A stretch of DNA of 64,000 nt from Candidatus Marinacidobacterales bacterium (GCA_965224085.1 CBDCYI010000005.1:672001-736000), one strand, 5' to 3'. Positions 53,356-63,613 are shown, counted from the first letter of the stretch. The notes: a model not told the origin generated them from the sequence alone. Made by a program: numbers and translations.

Positions 53356-56300
53356 ATGAGGAAAAGCTACAAGGGAATTATGGGAAGAGCGGCGCTCGTT
53401 GTTATTGCCCTCTTTTTGTCCACGGTCGTCGCCTTCGGCCAATCCTTCACCCCGTTCTACGGCAAGAACAAAGTCAAGTACGACAAGCATCGCTGGGAGG
53501 TCTATCGGTCTCCGCATTTCGAGGTCTATTACTATCCCGAGTTCGAACAGGAGCTCGGCCGACTCGTCAGCTATGCCGAGAGCGCCTACGAGAAGGTCTC
53601 GAACGAGCTCAAGCACGAAATCTCTTTCGCCATTCCGCTCATCCTCTATAAGACGTTCACCGAGTTCGCTCAGACGAACCTGTTGCCGATCGAGATTCCC
53701 GAGGGCGTGGGCGCCTTTGCCGAGCCGGCGCGTGACCGGATGGTGATCCCCATCGACAATCCTCCGGACGAGCTCCAAGAACTGTTCATCCACGAACTGA
53801 CCCATATTTTTCAGTTCGACATCATCCCGCGCTCGCTCGTCCGCCGCTCTGTTCCCGTATGGATCGACGAGGGGATGGCGACCTATATGGAGGACGAGTG
53901 GGATCCTCTCGACCTCATGGTCATTCGCGACGCGGCCGTGACGGATCAAATCCCGAGCTTCGAGGCACTGAATGTCGGCTTTGCCCGCGCTGCCTATAGT
54001 TTCGGAGCGTCGGTTTTCACCTTCATGGAAGAACGCTTCGGTAAAGAGGGCGTACGGCAGTTCATCTTTGCTTTGCGCCGGGCTGTCGTCGGAGGTGTCG
54101 GGGAGGAAGTCTATCAACAAGCCTTTCGCTTGACGCCGGAAGAGTTCTATCGCGAATGGAAGCGATGGCTCGTCGACAAGTACAAGCCCTTCCGCGACAA
54201 AGAAATCCCGGACGATTACAGCTTGGACATGTCACCCGACCCGCGCCGCGGGAACTTCGTTGCCGCCTTATCGGCCGCGCCGTCGCCTTCGAAAGAGATC
54301 ATCGCGGTCATGAGCGTCAACCGCAAAGAGGGCGAGTTCGACATTATTCTTCTTTCGGCCGCGGATGGCTCCATCATCAAGAACTTGACGCCGGGATATA
54401 CCCGTTCTTTCGAGACCATCGTGGGTTTGGTTGGCGAGGACTCACTTATCGGACGGAACATCGCCTGGACGCCGGACGGTGATCACATCGTGTTCTTCGG
54501 CCGCTATCGGAAACGGCGCGCGCTCATCGTCGTCGACGTGCTCACAGAAAAAGTCGTGAAGCGCATTCAAGTCCCGGTCGACAGAGCCTATTTTCCACAT
54601 GTCGGGCCAAAGGGCCAGTACGCCTACTTCACGGCGCTTCGAGACGGCATTAGCGACGTTTGGCGTGTCAACATGGATACGGAGGAGTTCGAAAACGTCA
54701 CCGACGACAATTTCTTCGACAAATTTCCGACCGTCACGCCGGATGGCGAATGGCTCTATTACAGCCGGCGTATCAGTGGCTACGACAAGATCTACCGTCT
54801 CAATCTCAACGACACCTCGAAAAAAGAACAAATCACATTCGGAACCCATGACGATGCCTCACCCGTTTTTTCGGACGACGGGCGTGTCATGTTCTACACC
54901 TCGAACGAGGACGATGACATCTACAACCTGCGCTCGATGGATGTCGAGACGGGCGACATCATTCAGTATACCGATGTGCTCGGGGGCAATTTCTCACCGG
55001 CGGTCATCAAGGGTGGCCCACGCTCGAACGACGACATCCTCTTGTTCACGAGCTATTACAAAGGGAATTACGGCCTGTACAAGCTGCCGATGGACGAGCC
55101 CGTCAAGGAGCTTTCTTCGGATCTCGTCGTGCGCACCGAAGGACCCGTGATCGATTTCGTGCCGCCGGTGAACCACCAGATCATTTCCGAGAACAAGCGC
55201 CGAAAAGGAACGTTCGAGAAATTCTACATCGACGGCGCGCCGCCGATTAACGTCGGTGTCACCTCCGGTGGCGATTTCTTCGGCGGCACGGGCATCAGCT
55301 TCTCCGATGTGCTCGGCGATCAAAACTTCACGTTTTTCGCTTTGTCGGTGCGGGAGTTCCGGAGCTATCTCGGGAGCTATACCAACCGAGCTGGAAGGCT
55401 TCAATACTCGCTTAGAGGCTTCGATACAACGAGCTTCTTTTTTGCGAATCCTTTCGGTTTCGCTGGGATCAACCAATTCTCGCGGCAGGATGCTCTTTCC
55501 ACCATCCGGCAATACGGCGCTACGATCTCGGCCGTTTATCCGTTGAGCCGCTTCCGTCGTTTAGAGATGTCCACCGGTGTCATCCGCCAACGCACGCAGT
55601 TCGAAGACCCGGTTCTGAACCCGTTCCTCAATCCGGGCGGCGCCGGCTTCGGCGGTGGCAACTTCGATCAATTCCAGACAGCGATCGCTCAACGCTACCC
55701 GAACGGCACCGCTTTACCAATATCGGCGACTTTCGTTCAAGAAACGACGCGGTTTCGAAATTTTGGCCCTATCGCGGGCAGCACAATATCGGCGGGTGTG
55801 TCCATCTCGCCGTCCGGCCCGTTTCTCTCGCGGCAGACGTTCAACCTCGACGCGCGAAAATATCTTCAGATCGGCGGCGGGAGCTTGCTCGCCCTCAGGA
55901 TGCGGGGTCTTTGGAGTGACGGGGAGAATCCGGACTTGTTCTGGTTCGGCGGCAACGGTGATATGCGCGGTTTCGATTACCAGTCCTTTGTCGGCAACAA
56001 AGGCTTTTTCGCCAATGCGGAGCTTCGCTTCCCTATCATCGACGCCGCGATTACGCCGATAGGCTTTTTCGGTCCGCTACGGGGGCTCTTCTTTGTGGAT
56101 ATGGGCGGGGCCCACTTCATCGACCAGTCGTTCAACATCTTCTCGAGCGAGAGGCGGTTTTCCTCGCTCGGAGCCCGCTGCGGCCCGGGCGGCAACGCCC
56201 CTTGTATCTCCGAGGGATTCGGGCTCGGCGATGCTGTGGCCTCTTACGGAATCGGCCTCTCGTTCAATTTCTTCGGCATGCCGATGAACGTCAACTGGTC

Positions 56301-56370
56301 GAAGCTCACAGACTTCGCGACCACCGCAGACGGCTGGAAGACGGATTTCTGGATAGGATTCAACTTCTGA
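53356..56370 (+). CDS. Omp85-family protein with N-terminal HExxH peptidase-like and PD40 beta-propeller domains
   Basis: HELTH..WIDEGMA; TPDG/SDDG PD40 repeats; MRGFDY loop-6 motif; NAELRFP; C-terminal F. Confidence 0.85.
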   Translation: MRKSYKGIMGRAALVVIALFLSTVVAFGQSFTPFYGKNKVKYDKHRWEVYRSPHFEVYYYPEFEQELGRLVSYAESAYEKVSNELKHEISFAIPLILYKTFTEFAQTNLLPIEIPEGVGAFAEPARDRMVIPIDNPPDELQELFIHELTHIFQFDIIPRSLVRRSVPVWIDEGMATYMEDEWDPLDLMVIRDAAVTDQIPSFEALNVGFARAAYSFGASVFTFMEERFGKEGVRQFIFALRRAVVGGVGEEVYQQAFRLTPEEFYREWKRWLVDKYKPFRDKEIPDDYSLDMSPDPRRGNFVAALSAAPSPSKEIIAVMSVNRKEGEFDIILLSAADGSIIKNLTPGYTRSFETIVGLVGEDSLIGRNIAWTPDGDHIVFFGRYRKRRALIVVDVLTEKVVKRIQVPVDRAYFPHVGPKGQYAYFTALRDGISDVWRVNMDTEEFENVTDDNFFDKFPTVTPDGEWLYYSRRISGYDKIYRLNLNDTSKKEQITFGTHDDASPVFSDDGRVMFYTSNEDDDIYNLRSMDVETGDIIQYTDVLGGNFSPAVIKGGPRSNDDILLFTSYYKGNYGLYKLPMDEPVKELSSDLVVRTEGPVIDFVPPVNHQIISENKRRKGTFEKFYIDGAPPINVGVTSGGDFFGGTGISFSDVLGDQNFTFFALSVREFRSYLGSYTNRAGRLQYSLRGFDTTSFFFANPFGFAGINQFSRQDALSTIRQYGATISAVYPLSRFRRLEMSTGVIRQRTQFEDPVLNPFLNPGGAGFGGGNFDQFQTAIAQRYPNGTALPISATFVQETTRFRNFGPIAGSTISAGVSISPSGPFLSRQTFNLDARKYLQIGGGSLLALRMRGLWSDGENPDLFWFGGNGDMRGFDYQSFVGNKGFFANAELRFPIIDAAITPIGFFGPLRGLFFVDMGGAHFIDQSFNIFSSERRFSSLGARCGPGGNAPCISEGFGLGDAVASYGIGLSFNFFGMPMNVNWSKLTDFATTADGWKTDFWIGFNF

Positions 56371-56482
56371 GGCGTAGCGTATTTCACATAGCGCCACCGA
56401 TGCTGAATGCGTGTCAATCTTGACGCAGAAGTTTTTGATCGCTACAATGGGTGGATATACATAGGTAGAATCGGAGCAACAA

Positions 56483-56794
56483 TTGTACGCAATCATCGAA
56501 ACGGGCGGGAAGCAGCAGAAGGTGACTCCCGGTGAGCAGCTCAGAATCGAGAAGCTCGAAGCCGAAGTTGGGGATACCGTTCGCTTCGACAAAGTCATGC
56601 TCGTGAATCGCGATGGCGAGGTCGCGCTCGGCAAGCCTTATGTCGATGGCGCCTCGGTGACTGCCGAGGTAGCGGAGCAAGGGCGCGCCAAGAAGATTCT
56701 CGTTTTCAAGAAAAAGCGCCGCAAGCAGTATCGGCGCACGCGCGGCCACCGGCAATCGTTTACCGCGGTGAAGGTCGAGGCGATCGAAGGATAG
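56483..56794 (+). CDS. rplU: 50S ribosomal protein L21 (TTG start)
   Basis: [21 protein letters not shown]. Confidence 0.98.
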   Translation: MYAIIETGGKQQKVTPGEQLRIEKLEAEVGDTVRFDKVMLVNRDGEVALGKPYVDGASVTAEVAEQGRAKKILVFKKKRRKQYRRTRGHRQSFTAVKVEAIEG

Positions 56795-56808
56795 CCGGAC
56801 TTGCAGAA

Positions 56809-57072
56809 ATGGCGCACAAAAAGGGTCAAGGAAGCTCACGCAACGGACGCGACAGCAACGCGCAGAGGCTCGGGGTCAAGGCGTTTGCTGGCGAGAGCGT
56901 GAGCGGCGGCTCCATCCTCGTTCGGCAGCGTGGCACGCGATTCAAGCCGGGTCGCAATGTCGGCCGCGGCAAGGACGACACGCTTTTCGCCAAGATCACG
57001 GGCATCGTCGATTTTCAGACCCGCGGTCAGAAGGGGCGATTCATTCACGTCGACCCTGCGGGTGCCAGCTAA
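56809..57072 (+). CDS. rpmA: 50S ribosomal protein L27
   Basis: [16 protein letters not shown]. Confidence 0.98.
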   Translation: MAHKKGQGSSRNGRDSNAQRLGVKAFAGESVSGGSILVRQRGTRFKPGRNVGRGKDDTLFAKITGIVDFQTRGQKGRFIHVDPAGAS

Positions 57073-57287
57073 GCCCAGTCAAGGATGGTTCTGAGGGCGC
57101 GATGGCAGTTCAATTTGCGCCCGCGGAGGCTAGTTGCTGCCCGGTTCTTGCTGCGGCCTTTTATGGGGCGGCATTGTTCTAGGTGCGTGGTTAGCAGGCA
57201 GCAAAGTCGAGCCGGTAGAGCCAAGAGACAGACGTCCTCGAAACGTCGCACTCCGAAATCGACCTGCTTCGTTCATATAATGGATTG

Positions 57288-58295
57288 ATGTGGATTGACG
57301 AGGCTGTTCTCGAGCTCGAGGCGGGGCGGGGCGGCGACGGTGTCATCAGCTTTCGCAGAGAAAAGTACGTTCCCCGCGGCGGGCCCGATGGCGGCCACGG
57401 TGGCGGAGGCGGCTCCATCTGGCTTCTGGCGAGCACGGCCCAGAACACGCTCGCCGGCTACCGCTATCGCCCGCACTACCGTTCCGAGCGTGGCAGAAAC
57501 GGCGAAGGCGCTAAGCGGGCTGGGCGCCGAGGTGAGGATATGGAGCTTTCGGTTCCCCTCGGCACTCTCGTGCACGATAAGGAAACGGGAGAGCTCCTTG
57601 GAGATTTGACCGACGAGAATCAGAAACTGCTCGTCGCTCGAGGCGGGCGTGGGGGACGAGGGAACGTGTCGTTCGCGTCTGCGACGAATCGGGCGCCTCG
57701 AAAATGCGAAACGGGGAGCCCGGGCGAACAACGTCGCGTTCGGCTCGAGCTGCGGCTGCTCGCGGATGTCGGCCTCGTCGGCTTTCCGAATGCCGGGAAG
57801 TCCACGTTCATCTCGGCTGTCAGCGCGGCGCGACCCAAGATCGCGGATTATCCGTTCACGACCCTCGTGCCGCATCTTGGCGTCGTCGAGATCACCGAGG
57901 AGAGCTCCTTCGTCTTGGCCGATGTACCCGGTCTGATCCCGGGAGCGAGCGATGGTGCTGGGCTCGGCGATCGTTTCCTGCGGCACTTGAGCCGAACGGC
58001 TTGTCTCATGTACTTCATCGATGTATCCGAAGGCTCGGGAAGAGAGCCCGTCGACGACCTCAAAGCGCTGCGGCAGGAGATAGAAGCTTATGGTAAAGGC
58101 ATGGATGGAAAGCCGGGAGCCGTGGCTGCCAACAAAATGGACGTGCTCGAAAATCCGACGCGGCTCGCTGCTCTCGAAGATGCGACGGCGGGCTTTGGGC
58201 TTCCGTTCTTCACGGTCTCGGCAGCGACCGGCGACGGTTGTCAGAAGATGGTTCGCGAGATCTACGGCCTCGTACAGAAGGAGCGGGTGACGTGA
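57288..58295 (+). CDS. obgE: GTPase ObgE
   Basis: FRREKYVPRGGPDGG, GFPNAGKST, DYPFTT, NKMD. Confidence 0.98.
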   Translation: MWIDEAVLELEAGRGGDGVISFRREKYVPRGGPDGGHGGGGGSIWLLASTAQNTLAGYRYRPHYRSERGRNGEGAKRAGRRGEDMELSVPLGTLVHDKETGELLGDLTDENQKLLVARGGRGGRGNVSFASATNRAPRKCETGSPGEQRRVRLELRLLADVGLVGFPNAGKSTFISAVSAARPKIADYPFTTLVPHLGVVEITEESSFVLADVPGLIPGASDGAGLGDRFLRHLSRTACLMYFIDVSEGSGREPVDDLKALRQEIEAYGKGMDGKPGAVAANKMDVLENPTRLAALEDATAGFGLPFFTVSAATGDGCQKMVREIYGLVQKERVT

Positions 58296-58356
58296 AACAT
58301 CAGGAGTCGTTTCGGTGCCACTCGTTATCATCTAAGTTCAAAGAGGTTCGAGAAAC

Positions 58357-58725
58357 TTGACCGAGACTAAGTTGACCTTGAACTCGCTGGACCCCGAGCT
58401 CAAGAGCGCGGTTTTGGCGGCGCAGGAAAAAAAGGCTGTCGATATCCTGGTTCTCGATCTGCGCGGGTTGGCGAGCTTTACCGATTACTTTCTGATTCTC
58501 ACGGGCGCGAGCCACCGCCAAATCAAGTCCATCGCGGACGAGGTGGAGAAGTCGCTCCGATCGATGAAACGGCGGCCCTCGCACGTCGAGTCCTATCCGC
58601 GTGGAGAATGGATCTTGATGGACTATGCGGATTTTGTCGTACACGTCTTCACGCCGACGAGCCGCGAATATTACGATCTCGAACGCCTCTGGGGCGACGC
58701 GCAAAAGCTCGCTGTCGCCAGTTGA
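58357..58725 (+). CDS. rsfS: Ribosome silencing factor
   Basis: KKAVDI, DYFLI, WILMDY, YDLERLW. Confidence 0.95.
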   Translation: MTETKLTLNSLDPELKSAVLAAQEKKAVDILVLDLRGLASFTDYFLILTGASHRQIKSIADEVEKSLRSMKRRPSHVESYPRGEWILMDYADFVVHVFTPTSREYYDLERLWGDAQKLAVAS

Positions 58726-58729
58726 CCTC

Positions 58730-59665
58730 ATGCCCGTTACGAAGGTGGGTCTAGATGCCACGATCATCGCCCACGATCCGCAGATGGTGGAGATCGTCCG
58801 GCTTCTCGAGCGTCTCGCGATCGCGTCCAGCAATGTCGTTCTGAGCGGGGAGAGCGGTACAGGAAAAGACCTCGCGGCGCATGCGCTGCACTTGTGGGGA
58901 GAGCGGTCCGGACTTCCCATGGTCACGGTCGACCTTTCGAGCATTCCCGAGAGCTTGCTCGAGAGCGAGCTCTTCGGCTACGAGCGTGGCGCGTTTACCG
59001 GCGCGGCTCAGCGAAAAGCAGGAAAATTTGAGCTTGCCGGCAAGGGCACGTTGCTTCTGGACCAGATTGGCGAACTTTCTCCGCTCCACCAGGCCAAGCT
59101 CTTGCGTGCGGTCGAGGAGCGTCGATTCGAGCGGCTCGGCGGGACAGAGTCCGTCGAGCTCGAGGCGCGCCTCATCGCCTCCGCGAGCGCCGATCTCGAA
59201 CAGGCCGTGGAGCGAGGGCTCTTTCGCCGCGACCTGTTCCATCGTCTCGGTGTTTTCTGGATTCGGCTTCCATCTCTTCGGGAGCGGCCCGACGACATCG
59301 TTCCTCTCGCGGAACTCTTCCTTGAAAAAGAGGTTGCGCGCAGAGGCCGCGCCCCGCGTCGATTCTCCCCCGATGCGCTCCAGGTATTCACGACTTACGC
59401 GTGGCCGGGAAACGTGCGGGAGCTCAAGGGCGTCGTCGAGCACGGCGCGATTTTGTCGAGAGGTGAGACTTTCGAGAGGACCGATATCCCCGCACACGTT
59501 CTCGACGCGTGGGGCGTCACGCTGGACAAGCGCCCTACCCTCGGCGCGGTCGAGAAGAGCTATATCGAGCGGGTTCTGCGCGATGTAAGCGGGAACACGA
59601 CCCGCGCCGCAGAGATACTTGGGATCAGTCGCAAGTCGCTTTGGCAGCGCCGCAAGAGGTTTTAA
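58730..59665 (+). CDS. Sigma54 activator (AAA+ and Fis HTH) without a regulatory domain
   Basis: GESGTGKD, ESELFG, GAFTGA, WPGNVREL, AAEILGISRKSL. Confidence 0.9.
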   Translation: MPVTKVGLDATIIAHDPQMVEIVRLLERLAIASSNVVLSGESGTGKDLAAHALHLWGERSGLPMVTVDLSSIPESLLESELFGYERGAFTGAAQRKAGKFELAGKGTLLLDQIGELSPLHQAKLLRAVEERRFERLGGTESVELEARLIASASADLEQAVERGLFRRDLFHRLGVFWIRLPSLRERPDDIVPLAELFLEKEVARRGRAPRRFSPDALQVFTTYAWPGNVRELKGVVEHGAILSRGETFERTDIPAHVLDAWGVTLDKRPTLGAVEKSYIERVLRDVSGNTTRAAEILGISRKSLWQRRKRF

Positions 59666-59794
59666 ATTGACTAAATCAGCTTTGTTCGCGCTTCGCACTC
59701 ACATCTGACTCCTTCGAAGGAGCCCGAGCGGGGACGATTCAGCATCTGTTCTCGGCTTTCGGGGTGGAGCTTCAGGAGGTAGACTACGTCAATC

Positions 59795-60793
59795 ATGCGG
59801 GCTCGGACTTTTCTCACGATGCTTGTTGTTTTTGCGTTCGTCGGGTTCGTGGTTTGGACGATTCGCTTGAACGAGGCGCTCGTGACGGTTCAGTTTGCGT
59901 TTTTCCAGCCGGTCGTGCTCGAGCTTTGGATGGTCATGCTCGCAGCTTTCGGGATCGGTGCGGGCGTTATCTTGTTCTTCGACCTCGCGGGAGGCGTTCG
60001 GCGTTTTGCTCACGCCCGCCGCCGGCGTCGTTTGCACGAGGCCCATCAAGCGGTCGAGGAGCTCTACATGGCCGGGCTGGACATGGTCTCTTCCGTCGAA
60101 GAGCGCGCGCTCGAGCAGGACATGCCGAAAGGCGTCCAGCTTGGCTTTGGCGTCGCGCAGCTTTCTGCCGGAGGAGCTAAGGAGGCGATCGCCGCCTTTC
60201 GGTTGATACTTGCCGACGATGAGAGCTTCGTTCCCGCCTACATTCGCTTGGGAGAGGCGCTCGCTGCGAACGACCAGACTGAAGAAGCGATACGCACGTG
60301 GCACCGCGGCTACGAGCTCACGGGCTCGACGGAGCCCCTCTCTTCGCTCCAAAATTTTTATTTGCGCGCCGAGCAGCCGGAAGCAGCGATAGGTGTGTGG
60401 AAGCAGGCCCTGATTCTCAGCGAGAACGAGGTTCCGCTCCGCTACTCTTTGGGAAAGCTTCACTACCGCTTATACATGCTCGATGAGGCGCTTCGCGAGT
60501 TTCAGATGATCGAGGATCGTGTGAGCGGCCTGCCCGCGCTCCATCTCTATGTGGCTCGAATCCTGGAGAGTAAGAACGAGCTCTCCGCCGCGCTCAGAAA
60601 GACCAAGTTGCTCGTCGCCGAGGTCGAAGGGCTGATGATGGACTATGTGTGCGAAAGCTGCGAGTGGCGCACGTCGGAATGGACGGAGCGCTGCTCACGT
60701 TGTGGGCACTGGGACACGGTGGGCCTGCATCTTCCCGCTGTCGACGCGCCCGAAGCCGTGATCGCGCCCTCGCCGACCTGGTCGACCCCGTAA
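59795..60793 (+). CDS. LapA/LapB-like membrane-anchored TPR protein with C-terminal rubredoxin-like Cys pairs
   Basis: Two TM helices (LapA-like), TPRs, CESC..CSRCGHWDT. Confidence 0.7.
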   Translation: MRARTFLTMLVVFAFVGFVVWTIRLNEALVTVQFAFFQPVVLELWMVMLAAFGIGAGVILFFDLAGGVRRFAHARRRRRLHEAHQAVEELYMAGLDMVSSVEERALEQDMPKGVQLGFGVAQLSAGGAKEAIAAFRLILADDESFVPAYIRLGEALAANDQTEEAIRTWHRGYELTGSTEPLSSLQNFYLRAEQPEAAIGVWKQALILSENEVPLRYSLGKLHYRLYMLDEALREFQMIEDRVSGLPALHLYVARILESKNELSAALRKTKLLVAEVEGLMMDYVCESCEWRTSEWTERCSRCGHWDTVGLHLPAVDAPEAVIAPSPTWSTP

Positions 60794-60832
60794 AGCCCGC
60801 GACTTGATGGATAGAGGCGCGAGCTTTCTGTC

Positions 60833-61597
60833 GTGCTGTCTGCAATGACTGCTAGATACGATCGCCTGGAGCGGCTCGTGCGCGCCTGTATCCACGGGCT
60901 CGGCGCGCTTGCGTTCCCGGCCGAATGTCTCTTGTGCCACGAGCTCTTGCGGCGGCCGCTTTTGGGCCCGCTCTGCGAGCGCTGCATTGAGGCGCTGCCT
61001 CGTATCGAGCCACCATTTTGCGGATCCTGTGGTCTTCCCTACGCTCGGAGCGTTGCCCCCGGGCTATGCGGGCCGTGTCGCGGAGGCGAGCGGGTCTTCC
61101 GCAAGGCGCGCGCTGCGCTCCTCTACGATGATCGCGTGCAGCGTGTCCTGCATGCGTTGAAATTCGGCGGACGGGCGCGCCTCGGGACGCTTTTCGGGGG
61201 GCTGGCCGCCGAACGTTGGTGTCGGGCGGGAGAGCTCGAGGGCTACGCTGCCGTCGTCCCTTTGCCGCTTTCTTCGAGGCGGCGGCGTGCACGCGGATTC
61301 AATCAAGCGGCGATCGCGGCCCGCGCAGTGGCGACGATCGCGGGTGCTCCGATGCGCCCGCGCCTGCTCGTGAAGACGAGAGACAACCCCCCGCAAGCAG
61401 GGCTTTCGGCATCCGCGCGAAAGACCAACGTGTCAGGCGCCTATCGCGGCCGCATTCCGCAGAAGCTGGCCGGCTGCAGACTATTGTTGGTCGATGATGT
61501 TCTGACAACGGGCGCCACGGCGAGCGCTGCCGCTCGAGCGCTCCTTCGAGCCGGCGCTGGCACGGTGGATGTTCTTACGATCGCGCGGGTTCCGTGA
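60833..61597 (+). CDS. comF: ComF-family protein (double Zn ribbon plus PRTase fold)
   Basis: CxxC pairs, RGFNQA, LLVDDVLTTGAT. Confidence 0.9.
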   Translation: MLSAMTARYDRLERLVRACIHGLGALAFPAECLLCHELLRRPLLGPLCERCIEALPRIEPPFCGSCGLPYARSVAPGLCGPCRGGERVFRKARAALLYDDRVQRVLHALKFGGRARLGTLFGGLAAERWCRAGELEGYAAVVPLPLSSRRRRARGFNQAAIAARAVATIAGAPMRPRLLVKTRDNPPQAGLSASARKTNVSGAYRGRIPQKLAGCRLLLVDDVLTTGATASAAARALLRAGAGTVDVLTIARVP

Positions 61598-61659
61598 CCC
61601 GCCTTCGCCCTTCGGGCTACGGCGGGGCACGCCCCCTGCCTTTCGGGCTACGGCGGGGC
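61598..61659. repeat. Tandem REP-like palindromic units
   Basis: TTCGGGCTACGGCGGGGC at 61611-61628 and 61642-61659; first unit can fold (CCCGCC..GCCC-TTC-GGGC..GGCGGG). Confidence 0.65.
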
Positions 61660-61755
61660 TTGCCGCCGCCGTTTTATACTAGCCAGACCAGCTGCTAGAA
61701 TGGAGAACCTGCTGAGGTCTCTCTACGCAGCTGATTTCAGACCGAGGAGTAGTTA

Positions 61756-62571
61756 ATGGCAACACGTATACTCGCGCTGACGGCGACGGCATGGCTCGTT
61801 TTCGGCAGCCTTGACACCGGGCTCCCTTGGAGCGAGGAGGGCGTCAAGCTCTTCTTGGAGAAAGCCATCGACAGCCTCGACGGACCCCTTAAAGGGTTCT
61901 ATGAGGATCGAGAAGTTTCTATCGTGGAGACCGCGAGCGATCCGACGATCTTCCCTCCACGCCTGCTCTTCGAAGTGGACCGCCTGGAGCCGTTTCCGTT
62001 TGCAGATCTCCCCGCCGACCGCAAGCGCGCGGTTCGCAAATACGGTGAGGAAGCGCTCGAGGAATCCGGGGATTTGCCGTGGCGCCTGATCGAAAGCTAC
62101 CACGCGCTCACGGAAGCGTTCAGGAGCTCGGATTATGAAGCCGCCATTCTACACTCCGCCGAGATCGCTCACTATGTCGGCGCCATGTATGTCCCGGTCA
62201 ATGTCTCGCGTGACGGTGATGGCGAGCCGACGGGGCAGCACGGATTGCGGGAGCGATTCGATTCACGCCTGGTCGAGGTGTACAGCAACAAGATCGATGT
62301 GCACACGCCCTCCGCTCTTTATCTCGACTATCCGGAGGAATATGCGATCTCGATACCTCGCAAGAGCTATATCTGGGTCGACAACCTTCTCTATTTCGAT
62401 TACTTGTCACGATTGGGCGTAAAAAGCTACGACCGCTTCTATTACGAGGGTATGTTTCTTCGCGCCGAGCCTTTGTTGGAAGAGCTTCTCGAGGGCGCCG
62501 CGCTCGATACCGGATGTTTCTGGTACACCGCATGGGTCGCCGCGCGCCGGCCTGAGCTCCCAGACAAATAG
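61756..62571 (+). CDS. Exported S1/P1 nuclease / phospholipase C-like protein, degenerate metal site
   Basis: Signal peptide; GDLPW, AHYVG, GQHGLRERFDS, WYTAW; several expected His/Asp ligands appear replaced. Confidence 0.55.
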   Translation: MATRILALTATAWLVFGSLDTGLPWSEEGVKLFLEKAIDSLDGPLKGFYEDREVSIVETASDPTIFPPRLLFEVDRLEPFPFADLPADRKRAVRKYGEEALEESGDLPWRLIESYHALTEAFRSSDYEAAILHSAEIAHYVGAMYVPVNVSRDGDGEPTGQHGLRERFDSRLVEVYSNKIDVHTPSALYLDYPEEYAISIPRKSYIWVDNLLYFDYLSRLGVKSYDRFYYEGMFLRAEPLLEELLEGAALDTGCFWYTAWVAARRPELPDK

Positions 62572-62616
62572 GCGGACGCTCGGCCAAAAAGACGAGCAGT
62601 AAGTACTAAGAGGGTA

Positions 62617-63255
62617 TTGGGATTGCCAGATAACGGCGAGTCTGTTTCTGTCAGCGAGCTCGAGGATCGGGAGTTGATCAAACGCTGCCGCGGCAACGGA
62701 AGTGTCAAAGAGCAGGCCTGGGAGGAAGTGGTCCGGCGTTTCCGGCGCCGCGTCTTCGGGATCGCGTACAAATTCACGGGACGCTACGAGGAGTCTCAGG
62801 ATCTGACCCAGGAAATATTTCTGCGTGTCTTCCGCTCGCTGGACAAGTTCGACGCCAATGCTGATTTCGGAACGTGGCTCTATTCCGTCAGCCGCAACCA
62901 CTGCATCGACCACTATCGCAGCGGTCGCCGCGAAAGAGAGTCCCTCGTCCAGCACGAGGTCCATCTCGAGGAGTTGGCGTCTGTGCGTTTCGACCCTCAT
63001 CGCGCGGTCGAGGTGCGCGACAAGCGAGAAATGCTCCTCGAGGCGCTCTCCGGTCTACCCGATAAGCTGGGGGAGGCGGTGGTGCTGCGCGACATCAAAG
63101 GACTGTCGTATCAAGAGATTGTGGAACAATTGGAGCTTCCGGAAGGTACCGTGAAGAGCCGGATCAATCGTGGACGACTCGAGCTCGGTCGAGCTCTCGT
63201 CGTGATACGAAACCGTTCGAAAGGGCGAACGGAATCAACGGGTAACGTATTATGA
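62617..63255 (+). CDS. ECF sigma-70 factor
   Basis: DLTQEIFLR, FGTWLYSVSRNHCID, SYQEI..GTVKSRINRGR. Confidence 0.92.
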   Translation: MGLPDNGESVSVSELEDRELIKRCRGNGSVKEQAWEEVVRRFRRRVFGIAYKFTGRYEESQDLTQEIFLRVFRSLDKFDANADFGTWLYSVSRNHCIDHYRSGRRERESLVQHEVHLEELASVRFDPHRAVEVRDKREMLLEALSGLPDKLGEAVVLRDIKGLSYQEIVEQLELPEGTVKSRINRGRLELGRALVVIRNRSKGRTESTGNVL

Positions 63256-63587
63256 ATCTTCGAATCGACACTCAAGATGACATCAAAATCGTTCGTGTCA
63301 AGGAGGAGCGGCTCGTCTACGCCATGCTGAGCTCTTTTTTCTCGGAGGTCTCGGCGGTCGTCGAATCGGGCGCCAAAAAGCTCGTGATCGACTTGAGCGA
63401 TGTCAACTATATCGACAGCGCCTCCGTGGGCTGCCTGATGGATATCTACCGTTCCGTTGCCGAAGGCTCCGGCACGATCAAGCTCGTAGGGCTTCAAGAG
63501 CGCGTCGAGACCATGGTGAGCATGACGGGTCTTCACAATTTCATGGAAATCTTCCGGGACGAAAAAACCGCCCTCGAGAGTTTCTGA
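63252..63587 (+). CDS. STAS-domain anti-sigma antagonist
   Basis: VIDLSDVNYIDSASVG; ATGA overlap with the sigma gene. Confidence 0.9.
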   Translation: MNLRIDTQDDIKIVRVKEERLVYAMLSSFFSEVSAVVESGAKKLVIDLSDVNYIDSASVGCLMDIYRSVAEGSGTIKLVGLQERVETMVSMTGLHNFMEIFRDEKTALESF

Positions 63588-63613
63588 GGGATGGCGAGCA
63601 CGGGGCGGAAGCT

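Noticed and set aside
57073-57287. ncRNA or small gene between rpmA and obgE
   Set aside because: No convincing RBS-linked ORF or recognisable structure by eye
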